From Chlamydiia bacterium (GTDB taxonomy: Bacteria > Chlamydiota > Chlamydiia > Chlamydiales > RGXB01): a DNA stretch of 64,000 nucleotides. Position numbers and translations under genes: made by a program. Shown piece by piece: positions 18,981 through 28,672 of this stretch; position 1 is the stretch's first letter, and the number at the start of each line of letters is the position of its first letter. The notes under the pieces were generated by a model. That model did no database searches, had not been told where the DNA came from, and saw only the letters and a program-made list of their open reading frames with translations. The DNA lies in NCBI GenBank assembly GCA_040382515.1, contig JBEIFH010000005.1, positions 2,397-66,396 on the forward strand, in the 5' to 3' direction.

Positions 18981-19811
18981 ATGAAACGGTTATTTAAGTC
19001 ATTCCTGATTGGGTTGACCCTCCTTTTTGCGGGGAATTATGTCTATCTCTACAATGCGCAGGATTCCCTTATCTTCCACTACAAAACCCTCCCCCGTAGC
19101 TACAACTTCCAAATGTCTCAAAAGTTTGAGGAGAGGACCTATTCCGTAGACCGCGGAATTCAACTCAACGCCCTCTATTTTTCCCAGATTACCGACGAAG
19201 AAACAAAAGGGGTAGTCATTTGCTTTCACGGCAGGGGTACAAACCTTTCAAGAGATTGGGGCAAGCTTGCGGCGCTGTATATCCATCACGGCTACGACTT
19301 CATCGTTTACGACTACAGGGGATTTGGAAAAAGCGACGGTCACATAGATCCGCAGAACATCTACAATGATCCGATTAAAATGTATGAAATTATCACATCG
19401 GAGTATAAAGGTAAGAAGACGATTGTTTTAGGAAGATCCATGGGGACGAATTTTGCGACCTACGTGGCTTCGATAAAAAAACCTGACGCGCTGATCCTGG
19501 ATGCCCCTTTTTACAGTATGCTGGACATGGCTTGCCTTACTAAGCCTTACATCCCCCGCATCTTGCTTGAAAAAATTCTAAAGTACCCTATGTTCACCAA
19601 CCAGTACATAAAAAAAGTCGATTGCCCTATTCTTATCTTTCACGGTACGGAAGATAATACAGTTCCCTATTGCGAATCGGTGCGTCTTTTCGATATTATC
19701 AAGCACAAACAAAAAAACCATTTTGTTAAACTTGAAGGGGCAGACCACAATAGTTTGGCTCAGCACCCTGAATACGAACCCTCTATAGACGCATTCTTAA
19801 AAGAACTATGA
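18981..19811 (+). CDS. Membrane-anchored alpha/beta hydrolase (BEM46/ABHD13-like), copy 1
   Basis: N-terminal TM, FHGRG, DYRGFGKS, GRSMG nucleophile, HGTED, ADHN. Confidence 0.92.
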   Translation: MKRLFKSFLIGLTLLFAGNYVYLYNAQDSLIFHYKTLPRSYNFQMSQKFEERTYSVDRGIQLNALYFSQITDEETKGVVICFHGRGTNLSRDWGKLAALYIHHGYDFIVYDYRGFGKSDGHIDPQNIYNDPIKMYEIITSEYKGKKTIVLGRSMGTNFATYVASIKKPDALILDAPFYSMLDMACLTKPYIPRILLEKILKYPMFTNQYIKKVDCPILIFHGTEDNTVPYCESVRLFDIIKHKQKNHFVKLEGADHNSLAQHPEYEPSIDAFLKEL

Positions 19812-20620
19812 AAAAAATTTTTCTTGCCCTGATCCTCTTTTCAGCACCGATGTGCTACGTAGGTTACCTACACCAAAATCAGGAGAAATTTATCTTCGAA
19901 ATTCGGAAGTTAGAAAAAAATCACCATTTTGATTTTACCCTACCATTCGAAGAATTGACCATCAGAGCCTCTGACGGTCAAACACCGCTGTCGGCAGTTC
20001 ACTTTAAACCGGCAGAAAAAAGCAAGGGGATCGTCCTTTTTTTGCATGGAAGCGGTACGAACATAAGTGAAATCCCCCAGTCGCTGCCTGAAAAGATTCT
20101 TAGCAAGGGATATGAATTCTATACCTTCGATTATCGAGGTTTCGGTAAAAGCGGTGGAAAAATCTCAGAAAAAGATCTTCTTGAGGACGCCATGTTTGTC
20201 TACGACGGACTCGTGAACCGGTACGGGGAAAAAAATGTGATCCTTTACGGTAGATCGCTAGGGACCTCTTTGGCAACATTTATCGCCTCACAACACCAGC
20301 CCAAACACCTCTTGCTGGAGGCTCCCTTCCACAGCATGCTAGACATGGCATTGATTGATCAACCCTATATTCCAAAAATGGCTATGGAATCGATCCTCTC
20401 GTTTCATCTAAGAAGCGATTTGTGGATGCCAAACGTAAAAACTTCCGTCACCTTTGCACATGGAGACAAAGACGAATGGGTTCCGCTCGTTGAAGCTAAC
20501 CGCCTCTATGAAAAAGTGCAATCCAGCCACAAAAATTTTGCGGTTTTCAAAGATTGGGGCCACGACAATTTTTGCGACCATCCCGATTACGATCTTTTGC
20601 TTGATCAAGTGCTCTCTTGA
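19808..20620 (+). CDS. Membrane-anchored alpha/beta hydrolase (BEM46/ABHD13-like), copy 2
   Basis: LHGSG, DYRGFGKS, GRSLG, HGDKD, GHDN; ATGA overlap with copy 1. Confidence 0.92.
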   Translation: MKKIFLALILFSAPMCYVGYLHQNQEKFIFEIRKLEKNHHFDFTLPFEELTIRASDGQTPLSAVHFKPAEKSKGIVLFLHGSGTNISEIPQSLPEKILSKGYEFYTFDYRGFGKSGGKISEKDLLEDAMFVYDGLVNRYGEKNVILYGRSLGTSLATFIASQHQPKHLLLEAPFHSMLDMALIDQPYIPKMAMESILSFHLRSDLWMPNVKTSVTFAHGDKDEWVPLVEANRLYEKVQSSHKNFAVFKDWGHDNFCDHPDYDLLLDQVLS

Positions 20621-20720
20621 ACTATTCGAAATACATCGTTTTAGAACAATCGCTAGAAAAAGGGTTTTGGATAAAAATCCTTTTTTCTTGACCACATTTT
20701 GAAGCTTGAGAGTGTTTTCC

Positions 20721-22169
20721 CTAGGTAAGCTGCATCTCTTTAGAAGAGACCTCTTCCCATGAAAGGAGCCCTTTATTTGGTACAACAAGTAGATCCATGA
20801 GAGTGTCCCCTTTTGGTTTATAATGAGCCGTGACCTCTTTAAAACTGCAGTTCCCAAGGTAAGGGGCTGCCAGCTTGAAGGCAAAATGGGGATCTATTTC
20901 CTCAGGGGAAATCACACCCATTTGGGGATTTTCAACCAGATAGCTCATCGCTGCGTACACACCCGAACCGACCTGCGTGAGCGTAGCATTCACGTCTTTA
21001 GAGATAGAGTCCCCATTTTCTACAATCGAGCCTATCCAAAAGGTTCTTAAACCCTGCTTGGTTCTGAAATACAGCAAGCAACCTATGCTATCGTAGCCCC
21101 CTGCAATCTCGGCGGCTGATAAAAATCTGGTAGGGATCTCCCTATCCTTTCGAGCCGCTTCCAGAAGCCCTTTTCCTAAATCGCTTGGCTCATAACAATA
21201 GTATACCGACGGCCAGTACTCCCCATTTTTTAAAAAACGGGCCAGTGTATGGGCCTCTTGGTGGGGAATAATTCTGCCATGCACCGCCCCCCCTTTCGGC
21301 TCATAGGATTCGGCGATAATGTCTATGCTGGGGCATGAAAAGAAAACCTGTAAAGACTCTAAGCGATGCTCACAGTCGACAGTCGAAGGGATGTGTGTCT
21401 CATGCGAACCCATGGTGTAGGCACAGGAGTCGAGCGCCTCATCAATAAAACCTGTCCCCGACCATGTGTTATAAAAAACATTCCGATCCAGTGTTTTTTC
21501 TGGATATTGGGTATCTCTTTCCACAATTTGTATTGTTGTTAGACCAAGCTTTTCAGCTATTAGATGGTACTGCTTCAGCGGGATCAAGTACTCCAACGAG
21601 GGGTCGAGTGTCTGTACCGCCTTCTCCAATCCGATGAGCGCCAAGCTGCTTACAATACCCGGGTTCATTCCGTAGGTGTACACCATGCTTGTAGAGACAG
21701 TTTTTGTAGCTTCCAGAAGTGACAGCTCAAGACGGGTTAAACTGTCGTTGTAGCCTCGCGTGATGTCGGTGATCGGATCGTCCCACCAATCGAGCGCCGT
21801 GTCTATATATAGCGATTTTTTCTTTTCTGCGAGCAGCATGATGTCTATTGTACCGACCCTTGTGCTCAAGTTTACAATAAATGCATCTGGCCCAATTTCC
21901 CTACCGAGAATTTCCTGGTAATTCGACTCAGTTACCTTAGTCTTTAGCCAAACACATTTTTCGTCGTCGGAGGCAAAGCGATTCTCTTCTTTCGGTTTTA
22001 AAGGGCTAAAAAACCGCATCTGGGGTATTTGGGAGATATCCGACGGCTCCACGAACAGGGTTTTTTTTCCCTGAATCCAATCGGGTTTTTCTTTAAAAAG
22101 AATCTCAATAACGGCCCTGGCAACCCCCCCAACCCCTATAAAAACCCACTGCTCTATAGTCTTTTTCAA
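20721..22169 (-). CDS. hss: Homospermidine synthase (saccharopine-dehydrogenase fold)
   Basis: N-terminal IGVGGV NAD-binding loop, LYIDT, GMNPGIVS, ERDTQ, NTWS..GFIDEA, H.EA, YY.Y.P and NAT..QV motifs. Confidence 0.85.
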   Translation of the reverse strand: MKKTIEQWVFIGVGGVARAVIEILFKEKPDWIQGKKTLFVEPSDISQIPQMRFFSPLKPKEENRFASDDEKCVWLKTKVTESNYQEILGREIGPDAFIVNLSTRVGTIDIMLLAEKKKSLYIDTALDWWDDPITDITRGYNDSLTRLELSLLEATKTVSTSMVYTYGMNPGIVSSLALIGLEKAVQTLDPSLEYLIPLKQYHLIAEKLGLTTIQIVERDTQYPEKTLDRNVFYNTWSGTGFIDEALDSCAYTMGSHETHIPSTVDCEHRLESLQVFFSCPSIDIIAESYEPKGGAVHGRIIPHQEAHTLARFLKNGEYWPSVYYCYEPSDLGKGLLEAARKDREIPTRFLSAAEIAGGYDSIGCLLYFRTKQGLRTFWIGSIVENGDSISKDVNATLTQVGSGVYAAMSYLVENPQMGVISPEEIDPHFAFKLAAPYLGNCSFKEVTAHYKPKGDTLMDLLVVPNKGLLSWEEVSSKEMQLT

Positions 22170-22273
22170 ATCTCAAGTCCTACTTATAAAAATCTGCCCC
22201 ATTCCTCTTAAAACTTTCCGTCCATCTACAAAAAAACGGATAAGTTTTAGAACCGACCTGGTTTTTTATTTTC

Positions 22274-24841
22274 TTACGGGCGCGCTCTTGAGGCTCTTAT
22301 GATTATATTTGCAATCAAGGCGGTCCATCCTGTCTGGTGACTGGCTCCAAGACCTTGTCCGGTGTCCGGATTGAAATACTCAAAAAACTGCAAGTAACGA
22401 CGCATCTCAGGCTCATTAAAGAGCGGATGCCCTCCGTAAATTGGCCTCCCCTTTTCAGTTTCAGCGAACATCGATGTTAGGCGATTTTTTAAATCGATTG
22501 CAAGTTCAAATGCACTCCGTTTGCTGCCGTCAAAAAGTTCCAATTTCCAGCTATCTTGAAAAACCTCATCGATCCGAAGCAATAAATCAAAAATCATATA
22601 ATTCATCGGCATCCATACCGGCCCCCTCCAATTCGAATTACCCCCCATAATTTTTTCTTGTGATTCGTTTGGCTCATACCTTAAAACGGTTCCATTAAAA
22701 TCGACAGGATGGTCTTTATGATAATACGACAGGCTCCTGACACCAAATGTCCCTAGAAATTCATTAGGGTCAAACACCTTGCTGAGAACTTTTTTTAATT
22801 TTGGCATCGGAGCGAGGACAAGCAGGTAACCCGATTTTTTTTCGTTTTCGATACGCACAACAAAGTCTGCCGTGAGTGTATCCAGGCGGTGCATCAACCG
22901 TTTGAACAAATAGGAAAACTCTTTGAATTTTTCCAATTCCTCATCTTCAATCCATTCAAAGGCGAAAAGGGGGACGATACCGACAAGACTTTTGATTTTC
23001 ATTTGCTCTTGCCGGCCGTCAGGAAACCGCAATACGTCGTAAAAAAACCCATCCTCTTCGGACCAATTGTTTATCTGCCGATCGAAACCTTTACTGAAAC
23101 CGTGAGCAATTAAAGTAAAATGGCGAAAATACTTAGAGGCCATCACCTCGTATACAGGATCTACTTTTGCGATCTCCAAGGCCATACGCATCATAACCAG
23201 AGCAAAAAGGGCCATCCATGAGGTGGAATCCGACTGCTCAATTCTCTGTGAACTTTGCTGTAAACTTTCCCTGTCGACGACACTGATGTTGTCAAAACCG
23301 CAAAAGCCCCCCTCAAAAACATTTAAGCCACTCCGATCTTTTCGGTTCACCCACCAGGTGAAATGGATCGTCAAACGCTCAAAACACTTTTTAAGAAAAT
23401 CGATATCTTGAATCTGGTTAAAATCTTTTTCGTAACGAAAGAGCCTTAAGACGCTAAAAGCATGGACGGGGGGATTGATGCTGGAAAAGTCCCATTCAAA
23501 ACCGGGGAGCATCCCGTTAGGGTGCATGATACGGTCCGAAAGAAGATACCAGGCAATCTTTTTACCATAATCAATATCAAGATAACCGAAAGACATCGCC
23601 TGGAAACCCATATCCCATGCGGCAAACCAGGGGTATTCCCACTTGTCAGGGATCGAAAGGACATCATAGCTGTTAAAATGGGAAAATTCCTGGTTCCTCC
23701 CCTTCCCCTGCGTATCTTCCAACCACTTGCGCACATTGTATTCATAGTAGGTTTTTGAGTACAAAAGGGCTGATGCAGCCCTTTTTATGATCTCTTTTTC
23801 CAGGGCTGTTTTTCCGGGAAGGGCCACGAGATCGAAAAAATCAAGAGACTTTTTTTTCACCATCTCCATTTTTTCATCTGATCCCTCAAACGGCAGTTCC
23901 GTATAGCTGTCAGATAAACGGAAAACAAACTCTTTCGTCATCAAGGGAGCCAGCTCGACAACCTCATGAAATGCCGCTTTTGTACCCGTGGAAAGATCTG
24001 ACTTTGAATTACGGATCACAATATCGTGAAAAGCCCCCCTCGACCCCTCCTCATTGTCGGTAAAAATGGCCTTCGAAAAAGGGGAGAAAAAAAACATCTC
24101 GGGAAGCTTCCACCCCCCTTGCCTTGTCTCCTCCTCCTCAACATTTTTCGTGTCCAAACATAGACAGTTTGGGGAATAGAGCGCTATCGAAGGGGGTCTG
24201 CCTCCGTTTTTTTTCCACCGATTTCTAAATTGCAATTGGGGCAAAATATGCAATTGACGGGTAAGCTTAGAGCGATTCGTTACCTCAAGACGGATAAAAA
24301 CATCGTAGCAGTCTACTTTAAAATATTCGATTTTCAAATCAAAATAACCCTCGTCAAAAGCGTGCGTATCGTAAATTTCATACTCGCGCTCGAGCGAGGT
24401 TCTTTTTTGAGATACGTCAATAAGCTCTTGGTAAGGGTAACTCTTAACCGGATATTTGTAGAGGTACTCTACGTATGAGTGGTCCTTGGTACAGGTCAAA
24501 TGGTAATAAAGCTCCTTCACATCTTCTCCATGATTTCCCTCATGGTTCGACAATCCGAAAAGGCGCTCTTTTAGAATGGAATCTTTTGAGTTCCAGAAAA
24601 CAAAAGAGAAAATAAATGTTTGTCTAAAATCTGAAAAACCCGCAATCGCATCTTCCCCGTAGCGAAACGGGGATACCCTCGCTTTATTAAAATCAAATCC
24701 GGTCCAGGGGTCTTGTGCAGGGCTTTTATCTTCCCTGACAGTTCCCCAGGAGCGTTCGCTTACGTAGCAACCCAAATCATAATTGCGGATCAGGTCAGCG
24801 CGATTGAAGCCGTTCTTGAGAGTTTTTTTTGGCTCTTTCAT
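22274..24841 (-). CDS. Glycoside hydrolase, GH63-like glucosidase
   Basis: SERSWGTVRED, GNHGEDVKE, PDKWEYPWFAAWD, GGNSNWRGPVW and GLGASHQTGWT motifs. Confidence 0.92.
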   Translation of the reverse strand: MKEPKKTLKNGFNRADLIRNYDLGCYVSERSWGTVREDKSPAQDPWTGFDFNKARVSPFRYGEDAIAGFSDFRQTFIFSFVFWNSKDSILKERLFGLSNHEGNHGEDVKELYYHLTCTKDHSYVEYLYKYPVKSYPYQELIDVSQKRTSLEREYEIYDTHAFDEGYFDLKIEYFKVDCYDVFIRLEVTNRSKLTRQLHILPQLQFRNRWKKNGGRPPSIALYSPNCLCLDTKNVEEEETRQGGWKLPEMFFFSPFSKAIFTDNEEGSRGAFHDIVIRNSKSDLSTGTKAAFHEVVELAPLMTKEFVFRLSDSYTELPFEGSDEKMEMVKKKSLDFFDLVALPGKTALEKEIIKRAASALLYSKTYYEYNVRKWLEDTQGKGRNQEFSHFNSYDVLSIPDKWEYPWFAAWDMGFQAMSFGYLDIDYGKKIAWYLLSDRIMHPNGMLPGFEWDFSSINPPVHAFSVLRLFRYEKDFNQIQDIDFLKKCFERLTIHFTWWVNRKDRSGLNVFEGGFCGFDNISVVDRESLQQSSQRIEQSDSTSWMALFALVMMRMALEIAKVDPVYEVMASKYFRHFTLIAHGFSKGFDRQINNWSEEDGFFYDVLRFPDGRQEQMKIKSLVGIVPLFAFEWIEDEELEKFKEFSYLFKRLMHRLDTLTADFVVRIENEKKSGYLLVLAPMPKLKKVLSKVFDPNEFLGTFGVRSLSYYHKDHPVDFNGTVLRYEPNESQEKIMGGNSNWRGPVWMPMNYMIFDLLLRIDEVFQDSWKLELFDGSKRSAFELAIDLKNRLTSMFAETEKGRPIYGGHPLFNEPEMRRYLQFFEYFNPDTGQGLGASHQTGWTALIANIIIRASRARP

Positions 24842-25196
24842 ACCAGGCACTCAGATTTACAATAGCATGATCGGGTGAAATCATCATCATGCCAAAATGG
24901 CCCAAAAGGGAATAAGCATCCTGTATGTTGTTTCTTTCCTCTTGATGCCATCGTCTATACTCATCATTGTTTCTATTTGCCAATTTTGCGATAAAAGAAA
25001 AGATTGTCAAGGCAATTGAAGCGGTCAAACTCATCGTTCCGTGAACTAAAAGCTGGATCCGTGGAACCATAGAGTGTTGCACAGCCCCTAAAGCGTCCTC
25101 CCCTGCATTCGCATAGTCTGATTTACGAACAACAGCACGCGCATAATCATTAATTAAATTTTTTACATCATCCAGACAAGCGCCTTGTACAAACAT
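24795..25196 (-). CDS. Hypothetical protein with one hydrophobic segment
   Basis: 133-aa ORF with SD-like AGGA; overlaps the glucosidase start. Confidence 0.6.
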   Translation of the reverse strand: MFVQGACLDDVKNLINDYARAVVRKSDYANAGEDALGAVQHSMVPRIQLLVHGTMSLTASIALTIFSFIAKLANRNNDEYRRWHQEERNNIQDAYSLLGHFGMMMISPDHAIVNLSAWYERAKKNSQERLQSR

Positions 25197-25277
25197 AGTA
25201 TTCCTATTTTTAGTAGTTCTTTGTAAATTCTTTACGACAAAATATTATGGAATCCCCCTTTAAGCACCAATCAAAAT

Positions 25278-25306
25278 TTGCAAAACAAGGTTCTAACAGG
25301 TAAAAT
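25278..25306 (+). promoter_or_regulatory. Sigma66-type promoter of mnmA
   Basis: TTGCAA-17 bp-TAAAAT, 9 nt before the ATG. Confidence 0.6.
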
Positions 25307-25315
25307 ATTGAGGTT

Positions 25316-26356
25316 ATGCCCCAAAAACGTATAGTAGTAGGCCTTTCGGGTGGAGTCGATTCCTCCGTATCTGCAAAAATCCTCAAGGAAGAAGGGCATG
25401 AAGTGATCGGCCTTTTCATGAAAAACTGGGAAGAGGATAACGACCTGGGGGTTTGCCCTGCCAAAGAAGACTTTGACGATGTGATGCGTGTCGCTCTGGC
25501 ATTAGACATCCCCTACTACACGGTAAATTACTCAAAAGCCTACAGAGAAAAAGTCTTTGACGAGTTCATCGAGGGGTTGAAGAAGGGCTTAACCCCCAAC
25601 CCAGACCTACTTTGCAACCGCGAAATCAAATTCAAGGTTCTTCTAGAAGCGGCCGAGAATTTAGGTGCCGATTTTTTGGCTACCGGACACTACTGCAGAA
25701 GAGACGAGAACGGCAGACTTCTGAAAGGGGTCGATCCTCTCAAAGATCAAAGCTATTTTTTAGCCCAGGTCCCCTCCACAGCGATTCGAAAATCACTGTT
25801 TCCAATAGGTGATCTGAAAAAACCCCAGGTGCGAGAGATTGCAAAAAGCGGATCCCTCGCCACGCATGCCAAAAAAGAGAGCATGGGTATCTGTTTTATC
25901 GGAAACAAAAATTTTAAGAAATTTATTGAGTCTTATATCCCGGCGACAACGGGCTCTTTTTACGATATGGAGACAAAAAAAAGGATCTCTTCGCATGACG
26001 GCGCCTGTTTTTACACCATAGGAGAACGTGCCAGGATCTCAGGAAGCGATGCCCCCTATTTCGTGGCAAAAAAAGAGGGAAATGACGTTTTTGTAGTCAA
26101 AGGCAAAGACCACCCGCTTCTTTACACCTCCTCTTTAAGCGCCTCCTCCCCGTTTTGGATCCACGAGACCCCCGATTTCCTAAAATGCTACACGGCGAAA
26201 ATCCGCTATAGGCAAAACGACCAAAAATGTCTGATTAGGTTTACAGACAAGGGCTTAAAAGTTGATTTTGAAACCCCCCAAAGGGCGGCTACCCCCGGCC
26301 AGTATGTCGTTTTCTATGACGGGGATGTTTGCCTAGGCAGCGCAATCATTGATTGA
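25316..26356 (+). CDS. mnmA: tRNA-specific 2-thiouridylase
   Basis: SGGVDS, TPNPDLLCNREIKF, ATGHY, KDQSYFL, KESMGICFIG and TPGQ motifs. Confidence 0.97.
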   Translation: MPQKRIVVGLSGGVDSSVSAKILKEEGHEVIGLFMKNWEEDNDLGVCPAKEDFDDVMRVALALDIPYYTVNYSKAYREKVFDEFIEGLKKGLTPNPDLLCNREIKFKVLLEAAENLGADFLATGHYCRRDENGRLLKGVDPLKDQSYFLAQVPSTAIRKSLFPIGDLKKPQVREIAKSGSLATHAKKESMGICFIGNKNFKKFIESYIPATTGSFYDMETKKRISSHDGACFYTIGERARISGSDAPYFVAKKEGNDVFVVKGKDHPLLYTSSLSASSPFWIHETPDFLKCYTAKIRYRQNDQKCLIRFTDKGLKVDFETPQRAATPGQYVVFYDGDVCLGSAIID

Positions 26357-26371
26357 GCTATTTACTATAAA

Positions 26372-27220
26372 ATGGTAATATATACCCTGATGAGAAAACT
26401 TTATTACCATTTAATAAAAATATCTATCCTTTTGGTAGACATAGTATTGCATGCGGGACTCTTCTCTCCCCTCCTCATGCTTTGGGGCTATCTCCCCTTG
26501 CTCTCAATAGTTTTTTACCCGTTTTGCCTCTTTTTAGAGCGTAAATACCTCGGATGCACCTTTGCAGAGCTTTTGATAAATAAAAAATTTATTATATACC
26601 CCTCCCCAAAAACGCTATTAAGAACCCCAGTCTTTATTAAGATTCCTATCAGTAAAAGAAGAAGAGGGGTTTTAAAAATCCTCCTTCCAATTACGGCCCT
26701 GCTGGTCTTTATTCTCGCAGAGCCCCTCGACACTTTTGCAACCTCATCACCGCAAAATATCCAAACAACCCTCCTTGAAGAGCTCCACTGCAGTGTTGTC
26801 CAGCCGTCTGAAGGAAAACTGTCTAAAGGGGTTTTAAAACTTCCTCGGAACGGAGGCAATCTCCCCTATACCCTGTATAAAATCGACGACAAGAGCCAGC
26901 GGATTACCTACATGGTCCAGAACTCCGCCATGCATTCGGACTGGACCCGTTACCCCTACTCTATCGTCATGAAGGGGGCCGTGTATGTTATTTTGGAGGA
27001 TGTGCGCCTTGATAAGGTGAACTCCAAAGAGGTTGGGACGCATCAGGGTAACAAATCCACAGTGATTCGTGGAATCAAAAATGGGGAAGCCCAACTGATA
27101 CGCATCGTACTGGCAAACAAGCAGATCTATAAAGTCCAAGTCAGCTACCCTCTCAACGACTCCGAAATAGAGCAAAAAGCGATCGATTTCATAGATTCCT
27201 TTACACCGATCCCTCGATGA
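26372..27220 (+). CDS. Hypothetical membrane protein (RDD-like N-terminus, soluble C-terminal domain)
   Basis: N-terminal TMs (ILLVDIVL...) followed by a beta-rich soluble domain ending FIDSF. Confidence 0.65.
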   Translation: MVIYTLMRKLYYHLIKISILLVDIVLHAGLFSPLLMLWGYLPLLSIVFYPFCLFLERKYLGCTFAELLINKKFIIYPSPKTLLRTPVFIKIPISKRRRGVLKILLPITALLVFILAEPLDTFATSSPQNIQTTLLEELHCSVVQPSEGKLSKGVLKLPRNGGNLPYTLYKIDDKSQRITYMVQNSAMHSDWTRYPYSIVMKGAVYVILEDVRLDKVNSKEVGTHQGNKSTVIRGIKNGEAQLIRIVLANKQIYKVQVSYPLNDSEIEQKAIDFIDSFTPIPR

Positions 27221-27326
27221 ACCCCTTTAAAACAGCCCCAACCGATCTCTCCTAAGTTACGTATCACTGAACGGGGCAACATCAAATTTCTTGCCTATTT
27301 TCTTTGTCCCGGTCTAGTCTGGGGAG

Positions 27327-27746
27327 GTGCTGTATCGGTTGTTCATAGTTTTGATCTTTATCCTCCCGATAGTGTATAAGCCCCCGCTTAAAAACGTCCT
27401 TTTTGTAAGCGCCGATTGCCCGGCCTGTTTTTACAAAATTGTCAAGCTGGAAGCAAGCGGGCTACTCCCCAGATTCTGGGCTGTCGATCAGTCGATCGAG
27501 GTGAACTGCCTTATGGGCAAACTCTACGGTATCGATCCCCGACATCAGGTAAAATTTCTCGAGTACCTCCATACACATCCCAAAAAAATCGAACTCTCCC
27601 GTTTTTGCCTTGAAATTCAAATTGATAAGCATCAGTTGTTAGAGTGTAAATACTGTTCGTTTCTACAGTTAAGCGTGCTTGAAATCTTGTATTATGTTAT
27701 GAGTAAGTTCCTATCGACAATTCCATATGGGATGGAAAATCGTTGA
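27327..27746 (+). CDS. dsbA: Divergent, shortened DsbA-like thioredoxin-fold protein
   Basis: N-terminal TM anchor, NVLFVSADCPAC active-site motif, C-terminal TIP cis-Pro candidate; adjacent to a DsbB-like gene. Confidence 0.6.
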   Translation: MLYRLFIVLIFILPIVYKPPLKNVLFVSADCPACFYKIVKLEASGLLPRFWAVDQSIEVNCLMGKLYGIDPRHQVKFLEYLHTHPKKIELSRFCLEIQIDKHQLLECKYCSFLQLSVLEILYYVMSKFLSTIPYGMENR

Positions 27747-27790
27747 ATTTTCACCATTAATCTTAATTTAATAAACGTACCGACTCTGAA

Positions 27791-28180
27791 ATGTACACGC
27801 TTAGAAAACTTCTGCTGACAATGTCTTTACTTTTCAGCACCTCGATCTCATTTTTTTTTGAATCTTGCCTCCTATGCTCCTGCTTGAGATGGACCTTATT
27901 TGGTTTGATTCTTTTGCCTGTCCGTTTTGACAGATTCTCTTTTTTTGTAGAAATCTTTGGTCTTGTGTTGTCGCTTTTTTTAACCGTATTGCAAAATCCC
28001 CTCTTCTGCGAGTCGAGTTGCAACACTTTATTGTCGTTTCTTCCCCTCTCAAGCCTTATGGTGTTTTTTTTGTTACTCATTCTAAGGTTGGCGAAAAACA
28101 AAAAGGAAACCTTAGCCCCGATTAAAAAAGAGGTCCGAAGCGGAGAAGAAAAAAATAGATCTTTAGAGGATCGGGATTAA
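27791..28180 (+). CDS. dsbB: Divergent DsbB/BdbC-like disulfide bond formation membrane protein
   Basis: Four hydrophobic segments; ESCLLCSCLR resembles the EPCxLCxxQR motif; second Cys pair CESSC. Confidence 0.65.
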   Translation: MYTLRKLLLTMSLLFSTSISFFFESCLLCSCLRWTLFGLILLPVRFDRFSFFVEIFGLVLSLFLTVLQNPLFCESSCNTLLSFLPLSSLMVFFLLLILRLAKNKKETLAPIKKEVRSGEEKNRSLEDRD

Positions 28181-28276
28181 AACTCATCGACTCCAACTTT
28201 TTTTGGTCAAAAAAAATCAGAGCTGAAAAGTAAATACCTCTCGGTATAATTCTTTAGACTTGTTTATACTTTTTTT

Positions 28277-28672
28277 ATGAGACGCTTTTATAAAAATCGC
28301 TTCGACAAAAAATTCCTCGGTGTTTTTGGGGGTATAGCTCTTGTTTTTAAAGTCGATTCTAATCTTTTAAGACTCCTTTTTGTAGCCTTTAGCGCCACCC
28401 CGCTTTTTCCCCTTACGGCTGCTCTCTATCTCATTTTGGCGCTGATCATGCCGGAGGGGGGACCTATCATGATTGAAAATCGGGGCAAAAAGCTCTACCG
28501 CTCTTTAAATGATCGAAAAATTTCCGGTGTTTGCGGCGGTCTTGCTAAATATTTTTCTGTAGATTCCACTCTCGTTAGACTTCTTTTTATTGTTGTTGCC
28601 TTTACACCTTTTATCTTTCCAATTATTGTGAGCTATATCGCCGGTACTATCTTAATACCTGAAGGAGATTAA
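28277..28672 (+). CDS. pspC: PspC-domain protein with two tandem PspC domains
   Basis: [19 protein letters not shown] and [22 protein letters not shown] repeats, each followed by a TM. Confidence 0.9.
   Translation: MRRFYKNRFDKKFLGVFGGIALVFKVDSNLLRLLFVAFSATPLFPLTAALYLILALIMPEGGPIMIENRGKKLYRSLNDRKISGVCGGLAKYFSVDSTLVRLLFIVVAFTPFIFPIIVSYIAGTILIPEGD

Noticed and set aside
27236-27277. GCCCC...GGGGC inverted repeat as a riboswitch or small RNA
   Set aside because: Only a short closing stem and no recognisable family motif; more likely a weak terminator or chance.
27763-28101. Lys-rich minus-strand ORF resembling a histone-like protein
   Set aside because: It is the antisense shadow of the hydrophobic DsbB-like gene; T-rich codons read as Lys/Asn on the other strand.
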